64,000 bases of DNA from the human T2T-CHM13v2.0 reference genome, Homo sapiens: the NCBI RefSeq assembly GCF_009914755.1, contig NC_060937.1. One strand, 5' to 3'. Made by a program: the position numbers and the translations under genes. Every line of letters begins with the position of its first letter. Within the stretch, counting starts at the first letter, position 1. Below, in pieces: positions 39,681 through 55,637 of the stretch. The notes under the pieces are model-generated. The model did not search any database and was not told the DNA's origin. It worked only from the letters and a program-made list of their open reading frames with translations.

Positions 39681-41589
39681 CAATGAAGAGCTAGGGTCAT
39701 AAAGTGGAAAAGAATTGTTGTGGGTATGAAACACCTACTGTTATCCAAGCACTTACTAGGTATGTGACCTACTTTATCTCTGATTTGCTGATAGGCAGAA
39801 TAATAGAATGATTCAATACTAAATTCTTAAAGCCAGAGAAAATTATACTCAAATCTATACATGGCCACTTATTAAATGTTTCTCATTTGTAGAATAGAGA
39901 TTATAATAATAGCAATAGTATAGAACTATCAAACAGATTATACAAAATAACACAATCAACACACTTCTTGCAATAAGAGACATATAACACATTGCATAAA
40001 TATCAGCAATGATCACCATCATTATCATCATCCCTTTCTATAAAGTATGAACTGTTAGTCCCATCTCTAGATGGGAAAACTACAACTCAGATTTGTTTCA
40101 TGCTGGAAGTTTTATTTGCTCTATTATGCCTTCAAACATCGTTTTTTTCAGTTAATTAATTCTATGTAGTCTTTCCTGTTTTCTTAGTGGGAGGATCATT
40201 CTAATACAAACTATTCTTTAATAACCAGAAGTAGAAGTCTCCCAAAGAAAAATAATTTGATGCCTTTAAAAAGAATACATTATCCATATAAATTTTAAAA
40301 CACATTGCACATTTGCACAGAGATAGAAGTATCTCTGATATTTGTACTTTATCTGCATTTCAAGTGTTAAACATGACATCATTCCTATCTCACAATGTAA
40401 TGAAACTCACGAAATCTTTTCGTGGCCCACGTGGTCAATGCAAAGTGAATCGTCAAGGTCTCTGGCTCATTTATTTTAACACTGTGAATACTTAAGATTT
40501 CAAAACATAAAGTTTCTTAAGAAGAAGAGTTATTATCTTCCCTGAATAGCTTTTATTTAACCTCTATGAAGAGGATAAAACATAATAAGAATAATAATAA
40601 TGAGCTTAAGTGACACAAGACTGAAAAGAAAATGTGGGTCCTCTCTTTCAGGAGTTATTTCTTCCTTATTGTCAGAATTGCAAAGATTCCTGATCAATAT
40701 CATCTTCCTATTCAAACAATGACAGCTCTGAGCCTAGAGATAACCTTCATAGACAGCACTTTTTCCACACTATAGCTCTTAATAATGCCTCCTGATGGCA
40801 GCTTTATGCAAAATTACTAAGCTTTTATTCTCTGCATGGTAGCAGCTCTGGTACTTAGCTCATAGTGGCTACTCCTTGTAGTTCTCAGAAGCTCATGGTA
40901 GAAACATCTCCCACAACGACTCATCTTCTGGATCAATTTCAAAAGGTAATGGCTTTTGGTAGCTATACTTTTTAAGGTCCTGGCCCCGGGTTAAGCCTCC
41001 TGTTGGCAAGGACTATGTCCTAGATTTTTTAAAAACTCATAATGAAAGACACAAGGAGATTTGCTGGGAGCTAAAACATTTTGTTTCACATTTTTATACA
41101 ATTCCTTCAACTTTGTTTTGTGTTCAAACAGAGGAAGACACTGATAATTCGATTTCTCTGGATCAGAGCAGGGCATTTATTCTCCTCCATTTTCAGTAAA
41201 GTTGAAGTTTATCTTGTTCCATTCTTACATTGGCCCAATTCAAGAATAGGGAAAAGACCTAGAATTCACAAATATTTTAAAACATCCAAATAGAATAGAA
41301 TTTAGGAAAATCAGGTCTCAGAAAAATAACAGACATCTCATAGTTGTTCAATATAGATATTCAAATAATGAAACAGTCACATGGAATTTTTTTCTACATA
41401 TTTCTATATAATTACACACACACACTCACCTCCCTGCCTAGTAGGTTATTCCACACACATGCTCAGGTATTTTTAATTTGAAACAAAAAATTCATTTACT
41501 CAACATCACTCTTTTGTAACTTACCAATATATTTTTCCTCCAATGTCAAACTCTTCAGAATAATTCTATACAACACCTGCTTCACCTTC

Positions 41590-42760
41590 TTAAATTTTCA
41601 TTCACTTCTCAGCCAAGTGAAATTTTTATTTTTGGTGCTGTCCCATGGAAATTATACTAACATAACTAAAAAAAAAAAAAAAACCCACACACAATTTTCA
41701 AAAATCTCACTTTACTTGATCATCTTTTTCTTGAACTTCTTTTTTTCCTTCTGTAAATTTCTCCCTCCCTAGTCTTGCTTTTCACTCTTTTTGTGGGGAA
41801 TGGCCTTTCTGTGCTTAGCCTTTATATGTCTGTATGCACCAAATTCCTCTACTAGACCTGGGACTCTACTCACCCTGGTCTATCTTATTTATTCTGCTTC
41901 ATCCATATCCTAATTTTAATAGCTACATCTTTATCTCTAAAGCTCACATTTTTCTCTGCTATTGGTCCCAGAGACATAAATAAAAACATTTGTTTCTAAG
42001 TGGTCCATTAGCACCTGAGACACAATATTTATTACTAATTCATGGCCTTGATTTTCTGTTGAAATCTGTGATTTTCCAACAATATCTTTTGATCAAATTT
42101 TGTTTAAAATTCTTGTTTAATATCTGTGTTCTCCATTAGACTTTAGGCTCCATGAGTGTAGAGATTCTTTTCAATTTATTTCTAAATACATCTCCAAATA
42201 CTGGGCTGTAGTAAGCCCTCAAAAACATTACCTACTAGAATAAATATTCCTTTCTAAATTAGAAAGTTGATTTTGTCTTGCTCCAGACTGAAATATTTGA
42301 TTTGTCATTAAAAACAAACATGTCCACATTTTTTAATATGGCATGGTTTGATCTTTTTTCTTTTCCAGCTTTGCTTTCTCCTTATTTTAAACCTGACCTT
42401 TATACCCTAGCCATACATTGCAATTTTTAAATACATTCTTTACTCATGCTAACCTTTGATATTAACTTACTTATGGCTTCCTTTTAACGTTCTGGCATCT
42501 AGTGCCATATTCTTTCTTTAAGTGAGTACTTAAAACATAGCCTTTTCCATAAAGCCCAACTGATCCATATCCAAGTAAAACTCATGACCATTGTTACAGT
42601 GATTCCACTATACTTCAGACAGAACAGTTCATCACAGCACTGACCCTCTTCAGTTACAAGGGTATAATTCAAGGATGTAGGGAATTTGTCATTTATAACT
42701 CCAGTTCCTAGTACAAACACACACATGTAGTAGACACAATAGATGGTTGTTGAATGACTA
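41590..42760 (+). mobile_element. L2 fragments (two 3' ends, ~42245 and ~42760)
   Basis: ccattagactttaggctccatgag...gaataaat; ccagttcctagtaca...gttgaatgac. Confidence 0.55.
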
Positions 42761-43013
42761 CCTTATGTTAAAGAATCTTCATTTGACACATACTACTATT
42801 ACTTGATATATGTCAGCATTTGAGGAATGAGGATGAGGATTAAAGGATCTTAGCTTAAGGAGTATGTCTTCTACCTGTAGAAAAATTTCAAGTCACTCAA
42901 GTTTAGCAGAATTATCTTTGTGAATGGTTAAATTTGTAGAAAGTTCTATAATATCAATATACACATATGTATATCTCTGTATATCTAAATGTAGATCTAC
43001 AGATATACAAATA

Positions 43014-44855
43014 TAGTCATGCATCACTTAACAATGGGGATACATTCTAAGAAATGCATCCTCATTGTGGAAACATCAGAGTGTACTTACACAAACAAAG
43101 ATAGTATATCCTACTATATAGCTAGGCTATATCGTACAACTTATATGACTTCTAGGCTACAAACTTGCACAGCATGTTATTATAGACAACTGTAACACTA
43201 TGGTAAGCATCTATGTATCTAAATATAAAAAGGTACGGTACAAATACAGTATAAAATATTTTAAAAGGTACACCTGCATAGGGCACTTATGAATTTAGCT
43301 TGTAGGACTGGAAGTTGCTCTGGGTGAGTGAGTGAGTCAGTAGTGAGTAAATGTGAAAGCCTAGAACATTACTGTACACTAGACTTTCTAAACACTCTAC
43401 ACTTAGGCTACGCTAAATTTATAAAATATACAATGAAATTGTGCTATGTTCTCATGGCCACAGCATCAGTAGATGACAGAAATTTTTTAGTTCCATTATA
43501 ATCCTAACAGATCACTGTTATATGGGAGGACCTCAAAAAGTTCATCAAAAAGTGGAATTACACGATAAGGATAAAAAGTATAAACTGTATTTCTCAACAT
43601 AGTTCAAAACCCTTTTGTAAGTGATGATATCGCTATTTAGTTCATCCCTAAAGGACTGAGGGTTCTGGGAATTTAACCATGTCAATGCAGTATTTTTATC
43701 TTATTAACTGAAGAAAAATGGGTGCCCTTTACAGATGTTTTAAAGATTAGGAAACAAAAAGAAATCAGAAGGAGTCAAATCAGGACTGCAAGGTGGATAC
43801 CTAATGATTTCCTATTAAAGCTCTCACAAAATTGTCCTTGTTAGATGAGAGGAATGAGCAGGACCACTGTCATGGCAAATAAGGGCTCTCTGGTGAAGAT
43901 TTCTTGGGCATTTTTCTGCTGAGGCTCTGGCTAAGTCTCTCAAACACTCTCATAATAAACAGGTGTTATCATTCTTTGGCCCTTCAGAAAGTCAAAAAGC
44001 AAAATGCCTTGAGCATCCCTAAAAACTGTTGGCCATAGCCTTTGCTCTTGGCTGATCTTCCTTTGCTTTGACTGGACCACTTCCAGCTCTTGGTAGCCAT
44101 TGCTTTGATTGTCTTTTGTCTTGAGGATCTTACTGGTAGAGCCGGGTTTCATCTCCTGTTACAATAACCCAAAGAAAGCCCTCAGCATCTCGACCCCACT
44201 TGTTTAAAATTTTCATTGAAAATTATTTTTTTTGTCTGCAGCTGATTTGGGTGTAATGGTTTTGGCACCTATTGAGTGGAAAGTTTACTCAACTTTAATT
44301 TTTCAGTCAGAGTTAGCTAAGCTGAACTACTTGAGACATCTGTGGTATTGGCTACTGTTTGTGCTCTTAACCAGCAGTCAGTTAAGGCACAAACAAGATT
44401 AATTTTTCCCTGGCGAACTGATGTGGATAGTCTGCTGCTACAGGCTTCATCTTCAACATCATCTCGTCCCTTAATCAATGTAGTTATTCATTTGTAAATG
44501 CTGATTTCTTTGGGGCATTGTCCCCATAAACTTTTTTTTAAGTGTCAATGATTTCATCGTTCTTCCACACAAGCTTCACCATAAATTTGATATTTGCTCT
44601 TGCTTCAGTTTTAGCATAAACCACATTGCCAATAAGGGCTCTTTCCAAACTGATGTCTTATGCTTCTTAATGCCTCAAGTTAGATCTTATTCAGAAATGT
44701 TATAACAGGTAGGTACTACTTGTTTTGGCACAAATGTTTTTTTTGAAATCTATGCATAGTTTTTTTCATAATATGCATTTTCCATGAACTTTGTGAAGAC
44801 CTCCTGTATATGTGGTCCACCCTTCACTAAAATATCATTATGAGGCACAGGACTG
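43014..44855 (+). mobile_element. Tigger3 derivative (Tigger3c-like, ~560 bp net), split by HSMAR2: 43014-43522 plus 44807-44855
   Basis: tagtcatgcatcacttaac...ggaagttgctctgggtgagtgagtgag; resumes tatgtggtcc...gcacaggactg; TA flanks. Confidence 0.9.
43523..44806 (-). mobile_element. Full-length HSMAR2 mariner transposon with disrupted transposase
   Basis: 1284 bp; TIRs ggaggacctcaaaaagttcat / atgaactttgtgaagacctcc; TA TSD; ORF 43940-44152 ends in mariner transposase-like TVFRDAQGILLFDFLKGQRMITPVYYESV. Confidence 0.93.
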
Positions 44856-46373
44856 TATATGTCTGTATGTATAGGAGTTTCTTTCAATATAAATTGATAT
44901 CAATCTCTATTTACACATATAACTATATCTATATATAATGAGTAACTTGTACAAGTTAATAAGAGAAAGGCAGGTATTAGCAGGACCTGTGAAAATTTTT
45001 TCACGAAAGGGACATTTCAATGTTAAACAATGCTTAAGTCTACTCATCTATTCCAGAGTACAAATTATTGCAATTAATTTAATTGAAAAAAATAAATAAA
45101 TCTCTTTGTCAACTATTTGGTAACATAGAACTTTAGAATTCAAGACATTGCTTTAACTAGATTAACAACTTAGATCAGTTTCCAAGAATTTACATGTCAC
45201 TGAAAGGGATTATCAGTATAAACATTGTAAACAAAATTATATTCTGCTGATTAACTTACATGGTTTTCCATAAATGGGGCTTAGAGACAGAGCGATACTT
45301 GGCAGAAACAGCAACATCTGTCGTTAGGTTGGGGCTTTTACTTTTTTTTCATATTGTTGCTCTACTCAAGCAATCTGTCTTTTGGTGAGAAGGTGTTGAT
45401 TTTCTTGGCTTATAATAAGCTTACTATCATGCAGCAGGCCATCACAAAGCGAATGTGGAAATTTATAGGTCATGCTACTCTCCAAAGATATAGATAATGC
45501 AAACATTACTAACATATACATGATAAGAACAAGAAGTATAAGGGAGGAAAACAAAATCCAAGTATGTATAAAAGACCATTATTACGTAGTTTGGTCTACA
45601 TAATCAAAAAGGTACAATGACTGAAAGAAAAGCAATTCACAAAGGAAATGAAAACAAACAGACTTAAGAATCTGAGCTATTTTATTGTTCATTTCAGGTA
45701 AGGGATGACATGCTTGCATTCTTTACATGAGTGTTTATGATCATGTAAAGGAACAAATGTGAAGGAATAAATCTTTTCAGAATTTCATTTAATCTTGATT
45801 ACTGAAGTGCCTACTATTTTTTTCTGCCTTCTTAATTTTCCTCAAACTGCCTCTTTCATTTGTTTATTCTGTCAAGTTACATTAGTTAAAATGCTACCTA
45901 TTTATTTAAGTCCTACCACAACTGCCTTCTTTCCTTGTGTTAGCCTACAAGCATTATTACAGTGTTTATCACATTCCAATTTAGTGTCTGAAAATATCTG
46001 TTCAGCACCAATTATGTGCCATGCACTCTCTAAGTGCTTTTTCAGAGTGCTCTCAGTTAACATTCTGTTTCATGTCCTTCCTGTTTGATAATCTGATACC
46101 CTCAATTAATTGTTCATAACTTAAAGGCAGGGATCACATCTAATTTATTTAAGAACATTCTGTCTGCTTCTTATCTAAATGCAATACAGATTTGTTAAAT
46201 GAGTTTGAGTTTCTAAAAACAAATAGGTTTTTCCATGTCATAAAGGAAAAAGAAACTGCCTCCATTCTCATACTCCCTCATCTCCTGGGACTGTCATTCT
46301 CAAATGTAGTTCTGCTCAAAATTACTACCTCTATTTCTTCTCTATTCTGTCAGAGAAATGCAGAAATGCATAA

Positions 46374-46761
<388 letters not shown>

Positions 46762-46924
46762 AAGGACCCATAGATTTTCTAGGTAAATCATGGAAGAATT
46801 TTCTTTTTGTGACTCATGTAAAACTAGAAATCAGAAAATGTCTCCTTAGATAACAAAATGTAACTCTTATCAGAACTTTTACAATTTGAGAAGAAATAAA
46901 ATTATTTTATCACGCAAAATAATC

Positions 46925-47095
46925 TATAACACGCTAAAAAGTGTTTAGGTCAAACGCTTTGGATCTGCGGAAGGCTCTGTCAGACTAGTTACATAGTCTG
47001 AGACAAGATGCTTAGCCTTTTCTCCACATCAGCATCTCCATCTAAAAGAGAGATATTGGATTAAATTCCAATACCTAAATTTCCTTCCAGCTATA
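46925..47095 (+). mobile_element. Probable MIR3 fragment
   Basis: ggctctgtc..actagtt...gacaag...catctaaaa...ttggattaaat...ccttccagct. Confidence 0.4.
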
Positions 47096-48504
47096 GTAGA
47101 TGCCATTAAAAGGTACTTTCTTATTGTTACTATAAAAACTATTCTTCCTTTTTAAAAATTATACTTCTGTTTCTTCAGTCCTTAATACCTATGCTGCTTT
47201 TATAAATGTATTAGTCTTGTATGTTCCTTTGTCTACAATACACGTTCCAACATATTTATACTGTATATTAGAAATTTATCAGTTCCATTAAGCAGTTTAA
47301 CTCTAATAAATATAATTCTCACAGAGTATTGAAGGAAAAAGGAAACGATGTACAACTTCCCCTGTTCTCTGCTGAAGCTCATCAAGGCTGAATGGCTGAG
47401 AATAGCTGGACATTTACATAATTAATTTCCTTTATTATTTAAATTGCCCTAAGTAATTGCCTTAGAATAACAGTCATTTTGTACATCTCGTTTTTCTGCT
47501 ACAGCTTTATTGAAATGTAAATATGAAAACTTGATTCTTTAAAAGCACAATGCAGAACCAATTGGTGCAGTTGCCCATTATTAAGTATTAATGGAGACAA
47601 GAGACCTGGACAAGATAACATAGTGAACCTGTCTTTCTGCCTCTTTTATCTTATGTATTTGTGGAATGAAAATTATTTAGAAAAAATATGAAAAAATGTT
47701 TGCAATATTTTATCTGAAAAACCTTTATGTCTCTTTTCTTTTTTGATTGAGACTTTCAGAGAGACCCATTCTGTAGTTTTAGATCTTCTAATCCTGTGGG
47801 ACACAGGATCTGTCGTCTATAGCTAATAAAACCATGAGATGTGTTAACACTGACAATATGACCTGCAATAAATACTGTGGGATCTAATTTACATATTTTT
47901 AGAAAAAGCTGAATAAAAAATGAGAGTTTTTGTAGTTATGATACCACAAAATTCAGAAAAAAAATCTTTAAAAAGTAAGCATGAATGTTGTGCCTCTGAA
48001 AATGGTATAAAGAGTCCAGAAATGAATGGAAAGAGTATAAGTATGTCATCCCTTACTTGGAAGGGATGTAAAGTAAAAGGAAAATCCACAGGCATTCACA
48101 CAGTTAAGGACCTAAGAGAGATCCTGAATGATAAAGTTACCTAAGCTGGTTTCCTTATAGCCTATGATATTAATTTATTTCTTCTACTCATGGACAAAAT
48201 AAAGCCTGTTATCTATTTATGTATTTATTTTTATTCAGCTATTAAGCCACGTGGGTTATGGAATGTTTACATGTTTATTTTCTGAATGTATTTCATCTCA
48301 AGCTCTATATCAGTACTGTTTTCTGGAATACCCTATACATTCAGATTTTGAGTCAAATACACAATGGTAAAGTATTTTGGAGGTATCAAATAATTGTCCT
48401 TAACGGACAAGAAGAAAAAGTTCTTTCGCCATCACACAGTATAGTCTGAAAAAATTCCCCTAAGAATTCTGAGTCTCATATCCATGACATTAAAACAAGA
48501 GTCA

Positions 48505-48730
48505 CAGATTTATGGACAAAATCCTGGGGTTCTGTCATTTCCTACTAACTGAGTGACTTGAATAAGACATAAAAATACTTTGTTCTTAAATTTTGTAGAT
48601 AGATTTTTAGATTTAAATTTGTAATTTTTTATTTGCTCTTATCTTTATGAAGTTGTCATAAGGCTCACATGAATTGATGTATATGAAGACACTTTATCAA
48701 ACTACAAAGTTTTATAAACATTTAAAATAT
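48505..48730 (+). mobile_element. MIR fragment
   Basis: aaatcctgg...tactaactgagtgacttgaataag...gttgtcataagg...tgtatatgaa. Confidence 0.5.
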
Positions 48731-49887
48731 TTCTCCTGCTATTAACATCTTTCCTATGAAAGATTCAAAATATGCATTAATATAATAATTGTAACTAATT
48801 TCATTCATCATTAACTATATATTCTTAACAGTTTTCTTATATTGATTTACTTAAACCTCAAAGTAAACCTATGAGGACATACTATTGTTATTATTATTTA
48901 CTGATGAATACATATTCAAAGTGTCCCCAATCATTGTCTATTTCTTGAGATTTCTTATTGTTCATATCCTTGAATTGTAATTTATTTTATTGTAAGTCAA
49001 CTGAAAATCACTTATTAGGAATGAAACAACCAGAGTGCCAATGAAGAAAAAAACACTCATGTTATTACTTTTACTGCACTGGATAATGAAGATGGGCATA
49101 GAACCACAAAACTCTTAAAAATGTAACATGTGACCTTATTCACATTCTACTCTCTAAGTTGTAGTGTGAGAACTGCAGAAAAACAGTAAAGAAAATCACC
49201 ACCAACAAAACCAGACACAGTAAGAATAGCATTTGAAAAGGTTAGGTCACCATAAAATGTCCAAATCACATCATAACCTCACACGCTTACTTCCAAATTA
49301 TCTTTTCTCAGCAGGATGGAAATAGAGATCCAAACTGCATAACCTTTCATCCACCACCACCACTGCTATGCTGCAGAAAAGGCTTAAGTAACTTAATTTT
49401 TCTCACAAAACCTGATGTTGATATTTGGCAGCTTGTAATCTGGCTGGGTGCCCTGACATGAATTGCAGATTCTCTGTGCTCCTTTTGAGAGGAGTTTGAG
49501 GAGGATAAAAGCAGATGCAGACAAACGCAGATGGAGACCAGAAGCCAAATAACATGAGGCTCCTCACTACAACAGAAGTGAGTTTGGCAGCCTCACACTG
49601 TTTTAAGGAAGAAAGGTAATTTTCTATAAAGTAATTAGTCACTTAAACAAACCATTGCTGTAGTTTTATTTTGTTTTCGTTACTTTAGGAAACGTCCTTT
49701 GAATGTAAGCTAAAATTAAGTGGTTGTTTTTGGTTGTTAGTGATTTTGATTGTCAATTTTAAAGACAATAATGGAATTTTAGAGTTGAAACTAATGTTTA
49801 AATCAGAATGTATCCTAACTGATCTCCACAACTTAGGTCAGTGTTGACCTTTTCAAACAGACATTACAAACTGAAAGACTGTGGTAG

Positions 49888-50411
49888 TGTTGTACCCAGG
49901 CGAGTTAGAGAAAACGCCACACTTTGAGACGAATTAAGAGTCTTTATTAGCCAGCGACCGAGAGACGGCTAACGCTCAAAATTCTCTCGGCCCCGAATGG
50001 GCTAGATTTTCTTCTATACTTTGGTTTAGAAAGGGGAGAGGGGTCTAGTTAAAACAATTTTACAGAAATAAAGTAGGCAAAAAGTTAAAAGGATAAATGG
50101 TTACAGGAAAGTAAACAGTTCCAGGTGCGGGGGCTTTAAGACTATTACAAGGTGATAGACGCGGGGCTTTGGGCATTATCAATCAGACGAATTCCTGGGA
50201 ATTGCAGATATAGCTTGCCACGGTATCTTATCAATTAATTGCATTCTTGGATGTGCTGGGAGTCAGCTTGCACAGGTTAAGTCCTTGAGGAAGGGGCTGC
50301 CAGTGAGAGAGCCAAGATGGAGTGTGTCTGGCTCTCTTAGCTAAGGGAGAGTCAATTCAGGTGGAAACAAGCCCAAAAACAGGGTTAGTAAAAACGAGGT
50401 TGGGCATTACA
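49888..50411 (-). mobile_element. LTR6 (LTR6A/B; HERV-S71/HERV-T, ERV1) solo LTR
   Basis: tgttgtaccc...gagaaaacgccacactttgagacg...ggttgggcattaca; perfect 4-bp TSD gtag; many CpGs retained. Confidence 0.9.
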
Positions 50412-51599
50412 GTAGCCTGGTCTGGAAACTTTAAACTTATTTCTAAGTTACTTGATTTTTCTGGCTAGGGCTGCATTGCTTATATTTAACCCCCTATTCT
50501 TACAGAACAGGAGGCTCTCATACCTGTTCCTGAATGTCATTCCATGAGTAGTCAACAGTTTTCCCTAAGAGTAAGTCTCTATTCACTTGCTATTTCTTTG
50601 GGAAAGGAGTGGCATTTCTTTTTCACATACATTTGGAAGGTTTTCAGTGTACTTTCTGGCCTCTCTACACCATTTTACTCATTCTGCCTTGGGAAGGTAG
50701 AGTGTTTTACTTCAAATACGTATTGATATGCTCCATTGTTCTTATCTACAGAGAATAGCTACTATTAATTTATTTCCTGAATAGTGTATATTACACAAGG
50801 TCCTGTCTCTCCCTGGGACATATGCAGCTATGAGCCATTAATTTCAGAGTCCTTAAACTTTGGTGTACTTGTTAGATATTCTAAATCATAAAACAAAAAT
50901 GGTAATTTAGGGAAATGATTAAGGCTACTTCTGTGCAGAGGATGTATGGCATTGAACCTTGGATTTTAGTATGTGGGCAGAGTCTTTTAACCTTAGGAGA
51001 GGCTTAGTTTTATCCAGGTGATATTTTTACAGTTGAACATTTGGTTTTTATTCCTGAGGCTTGGGAAAGATATTTAAACCAGCTCTGTAGTAATTGCAGG
51101 GACCTAAGCAAAGGCATCACCTTAAGGAAAGATGCCTATAGTTTCAGGAGAAGGGCTAGATATCTCTAGGCTTGGTAGTCATTTGGACCTAAGAAAGAAT
51201 CCATAAAGGGCCACTTAGGGCATTTCAATGCTCTGCAAGACAGACCTTGTGGGGCTTAACAGCCAGTAGAACCCAGCTGAGGACTGATAAATAAAGGCTG
51301 GCAGCTGGGGGCTTAGCAAACAAAAATCATGGAAATTGAAACTACTCTCTGAAAACGTGAAATTACTTGTGACCCTGCAGGCTAACATCTGTAACTTTAG
51401 TTGGTACAGGTTGCTTCCACATGCATGCTTTCTCTGCTTATTTCACAAGATTATGTTAAACCCTCTACATCTTCAATGTCTTTTCCTAAAGTTCCTTTTC
51501 ATCTTCTTATGCTGGGTATGCCTCAAATATATTGTTCCCTTTAGTATGTCTCTCAGCTGAAGGCTTTTAGACAGCCACAAAAACAGTGAGTGTAGACTT

Positions 51600-52900
51600 C
51601 TCCATTCATTACTGCATTTTCAAAACTTTTATCCTTTTTTTTTCTACAAAAGATTCCATTTCACTGGAGCACACGATATTAGACTATACCACCTTCTATC
51701 TTACATGCTATCCCAGCTTCTTGTTCTCTCTCATTTAGACTATTAAACCCTTGGAAACTGGACCATAATATTCCTCTTTACCTCTATTGCTTTTACACCT
51801 CATTATAGTTTCAAACTACCCATGGATAATTAGTCCAGAAATGGATCACTCATCAACTTTGATCTTCTTATCTCCAAAAACAGTTTCCTCCTAGCACCTC
51901 AGTCTTCATCCTCATGGTCATACCTCAAAACCTTTATGCTTGGCAATTGCAATGGCTCAGAAATCTGAACTGTCTCATTTTAAAAGCATACGTCCTATAT
52001 TTTTGTCTCATTTCCCTACTTGGCCAAGTCATATAGAAATTCAACTTGATAGCTCTGCCAGCACAATTTCATTACTATCACCCCTTATATTTTTATTTGT
52101 CTCATTATTCGGCTTAGATTCTGGTTCACTGTAATACCCTTGAAATTGTTCTTTACGTTTTTTACTCACCCTTCATTGCATTGACCTGAAAAAATGTCCG
52201 ACGCTGATTCTCTCTAACAATGTACTTTTCCTCGCCTATGCCAGAACAGCTGAACATGGCCAGTGGTATTGCTATTATTAACACAGATAGCAGTATATGT
52301 TAGAGCTATCTAAATATGTACTTATATTAACTCACTTTGTCTCTACACAGAACCCAAGCACTGCTAATATTTTCATTTTACAGCTGATAAAGGAGAAACA
52401 AAAGAACATTTAACTTTCCCCAAATAACGAAGATTTTTTTTTTCAAACATGGGATCTAAACTCATGTGGTCTGACTCGGGACTCTGTCCCCTCAGTTTAC
52501 CATTATTCTGCCTCTACACAAAATTTTGGGTAATATCACTATACAATTACCCAAAGTGTAGATAAAGACTCAAACTTTCCAGCAATCCTACATTTTCCTG
52601 ATTTCCATCATAACTAGATTTTAACTTCTCCTTGCTCTGCTACCTACAATTGCCCTCACGTCTCCTACTGCTAGAAGAAAAATCTTTATAGATCTCAAAG
52701 AAAATATATATTTTCAAGAGCTCTGACATTATCGCCTTATCACAAATACAATTGTACCTAGTCTATGCACATAATGCCTGCCTTCTTTCCTATTAAAAAT
52801 ATGTTTATGAAAGATTAAATTATCCATATCTGCTCAGAATTTCATCCTGTCTTTTCCTATCAAGGAATTTATTCTGATCTCCATTCTCTAAGCTTTAACG
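51600..52900 (+). mobile_element. Degraded L2 region with an embedded reverse MIR (~52270-52515)
   Basis: C/T-rich L2-like sequence (catggtcatacct); MIR core ttcattttacagctgataa. Confidence 0.4.
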
Positions 52901-52914
52901 CTTTCAAAAATGAG

Positions 52915-53230
52915 AGCCCATCTTTTAATTTTAGCTATTCTAGTGGGTGTAAAGTGGTATCTCGCTGTTGTTTGAGTCAATGTTTCCCTGATGACAAATG
53001 ATATTGAGTTTATTTTATGTGCATATTGGTCATTAACATACCTTTCCTTGCAAAATATCTGTGAATTATTTTGTTCATTTTTTATTGGAAGTTTGTTTTG
53101 TTGTAGTTTATTTAGTTTTTAAAGTTTTCTTAAATATATTCTGCATATAGGCCGTTTGATAGTTATGTGTTTTGCAAATATTCTCTCCAATTTGCAGCCT
53201 AACTTTTCATTTCCCAGCAGTGAGATGTGA
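52915..53230 (-). mobile_element. L1M(E) fragment
   Basis: ttttagctattctagtgggtgtaaagtggtatctc...tccctgatgacaaatgatattgag...tgcaaatattctctcc. Confidence 0.7.
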
Positions 53231-53865
53231 AGAACAGAAGGTTTTGAATATACCATTCAATATATGCATTTTAAATTTATTGGCATATTATATTTATGTC
53301 TACTGTTTTATTAGCAGATGTGTTCTTATTTTAAATATTTTTTTAATTCAGGAAATATGAATTCATAGTAACACATTCAACCGGTCTAAAATCAAGTCAA
53401 ATTTTCGTTGGTATTTGTGTAAACTATGTGACCAGAAACAAATCATTTATCTTTACTTAGCAGCAGTTTTATCAACATTAAGTTAGGGATATTAATAACT
53501 AACATCTATGGAGCTAAGCTTCTGATAAGAGTTTTATAAACATTATTTTTATTTAACCCAAAAATTATATGCTAGAATTAAGTACAATTACAATTCACAT
53601 TTTTTAAGAAATGAAATCGAAGAATTAATGTGGATAAATTGACCAAATGTAGCGAAAATATTACCAAGTAGCAAATGAGAGATTTGAATATAGGTAATAG
53701 CAACATTGCTCCTGGTTCCTTCACAAAGATTTATTGGAGTGGTTATATATGATATGGTGTGACAGTGCTTTGAATTTTCTGAAGTTTTATATTTTTTTGA
53801 CTTGTTTCATAACTATGCTTTAGAGTTCCTCATATTTCCATACCATTTAAATTACAATTTCAGAC

Positions 53866-55637
<1,772 letters not shown>

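Noticed and set aside
49300-49640. Splice-like motifs and a 79-aa minus-strand ORF
   Set aside because: No coherent exon with an open frame or recognisable homology; motifs are at chance level
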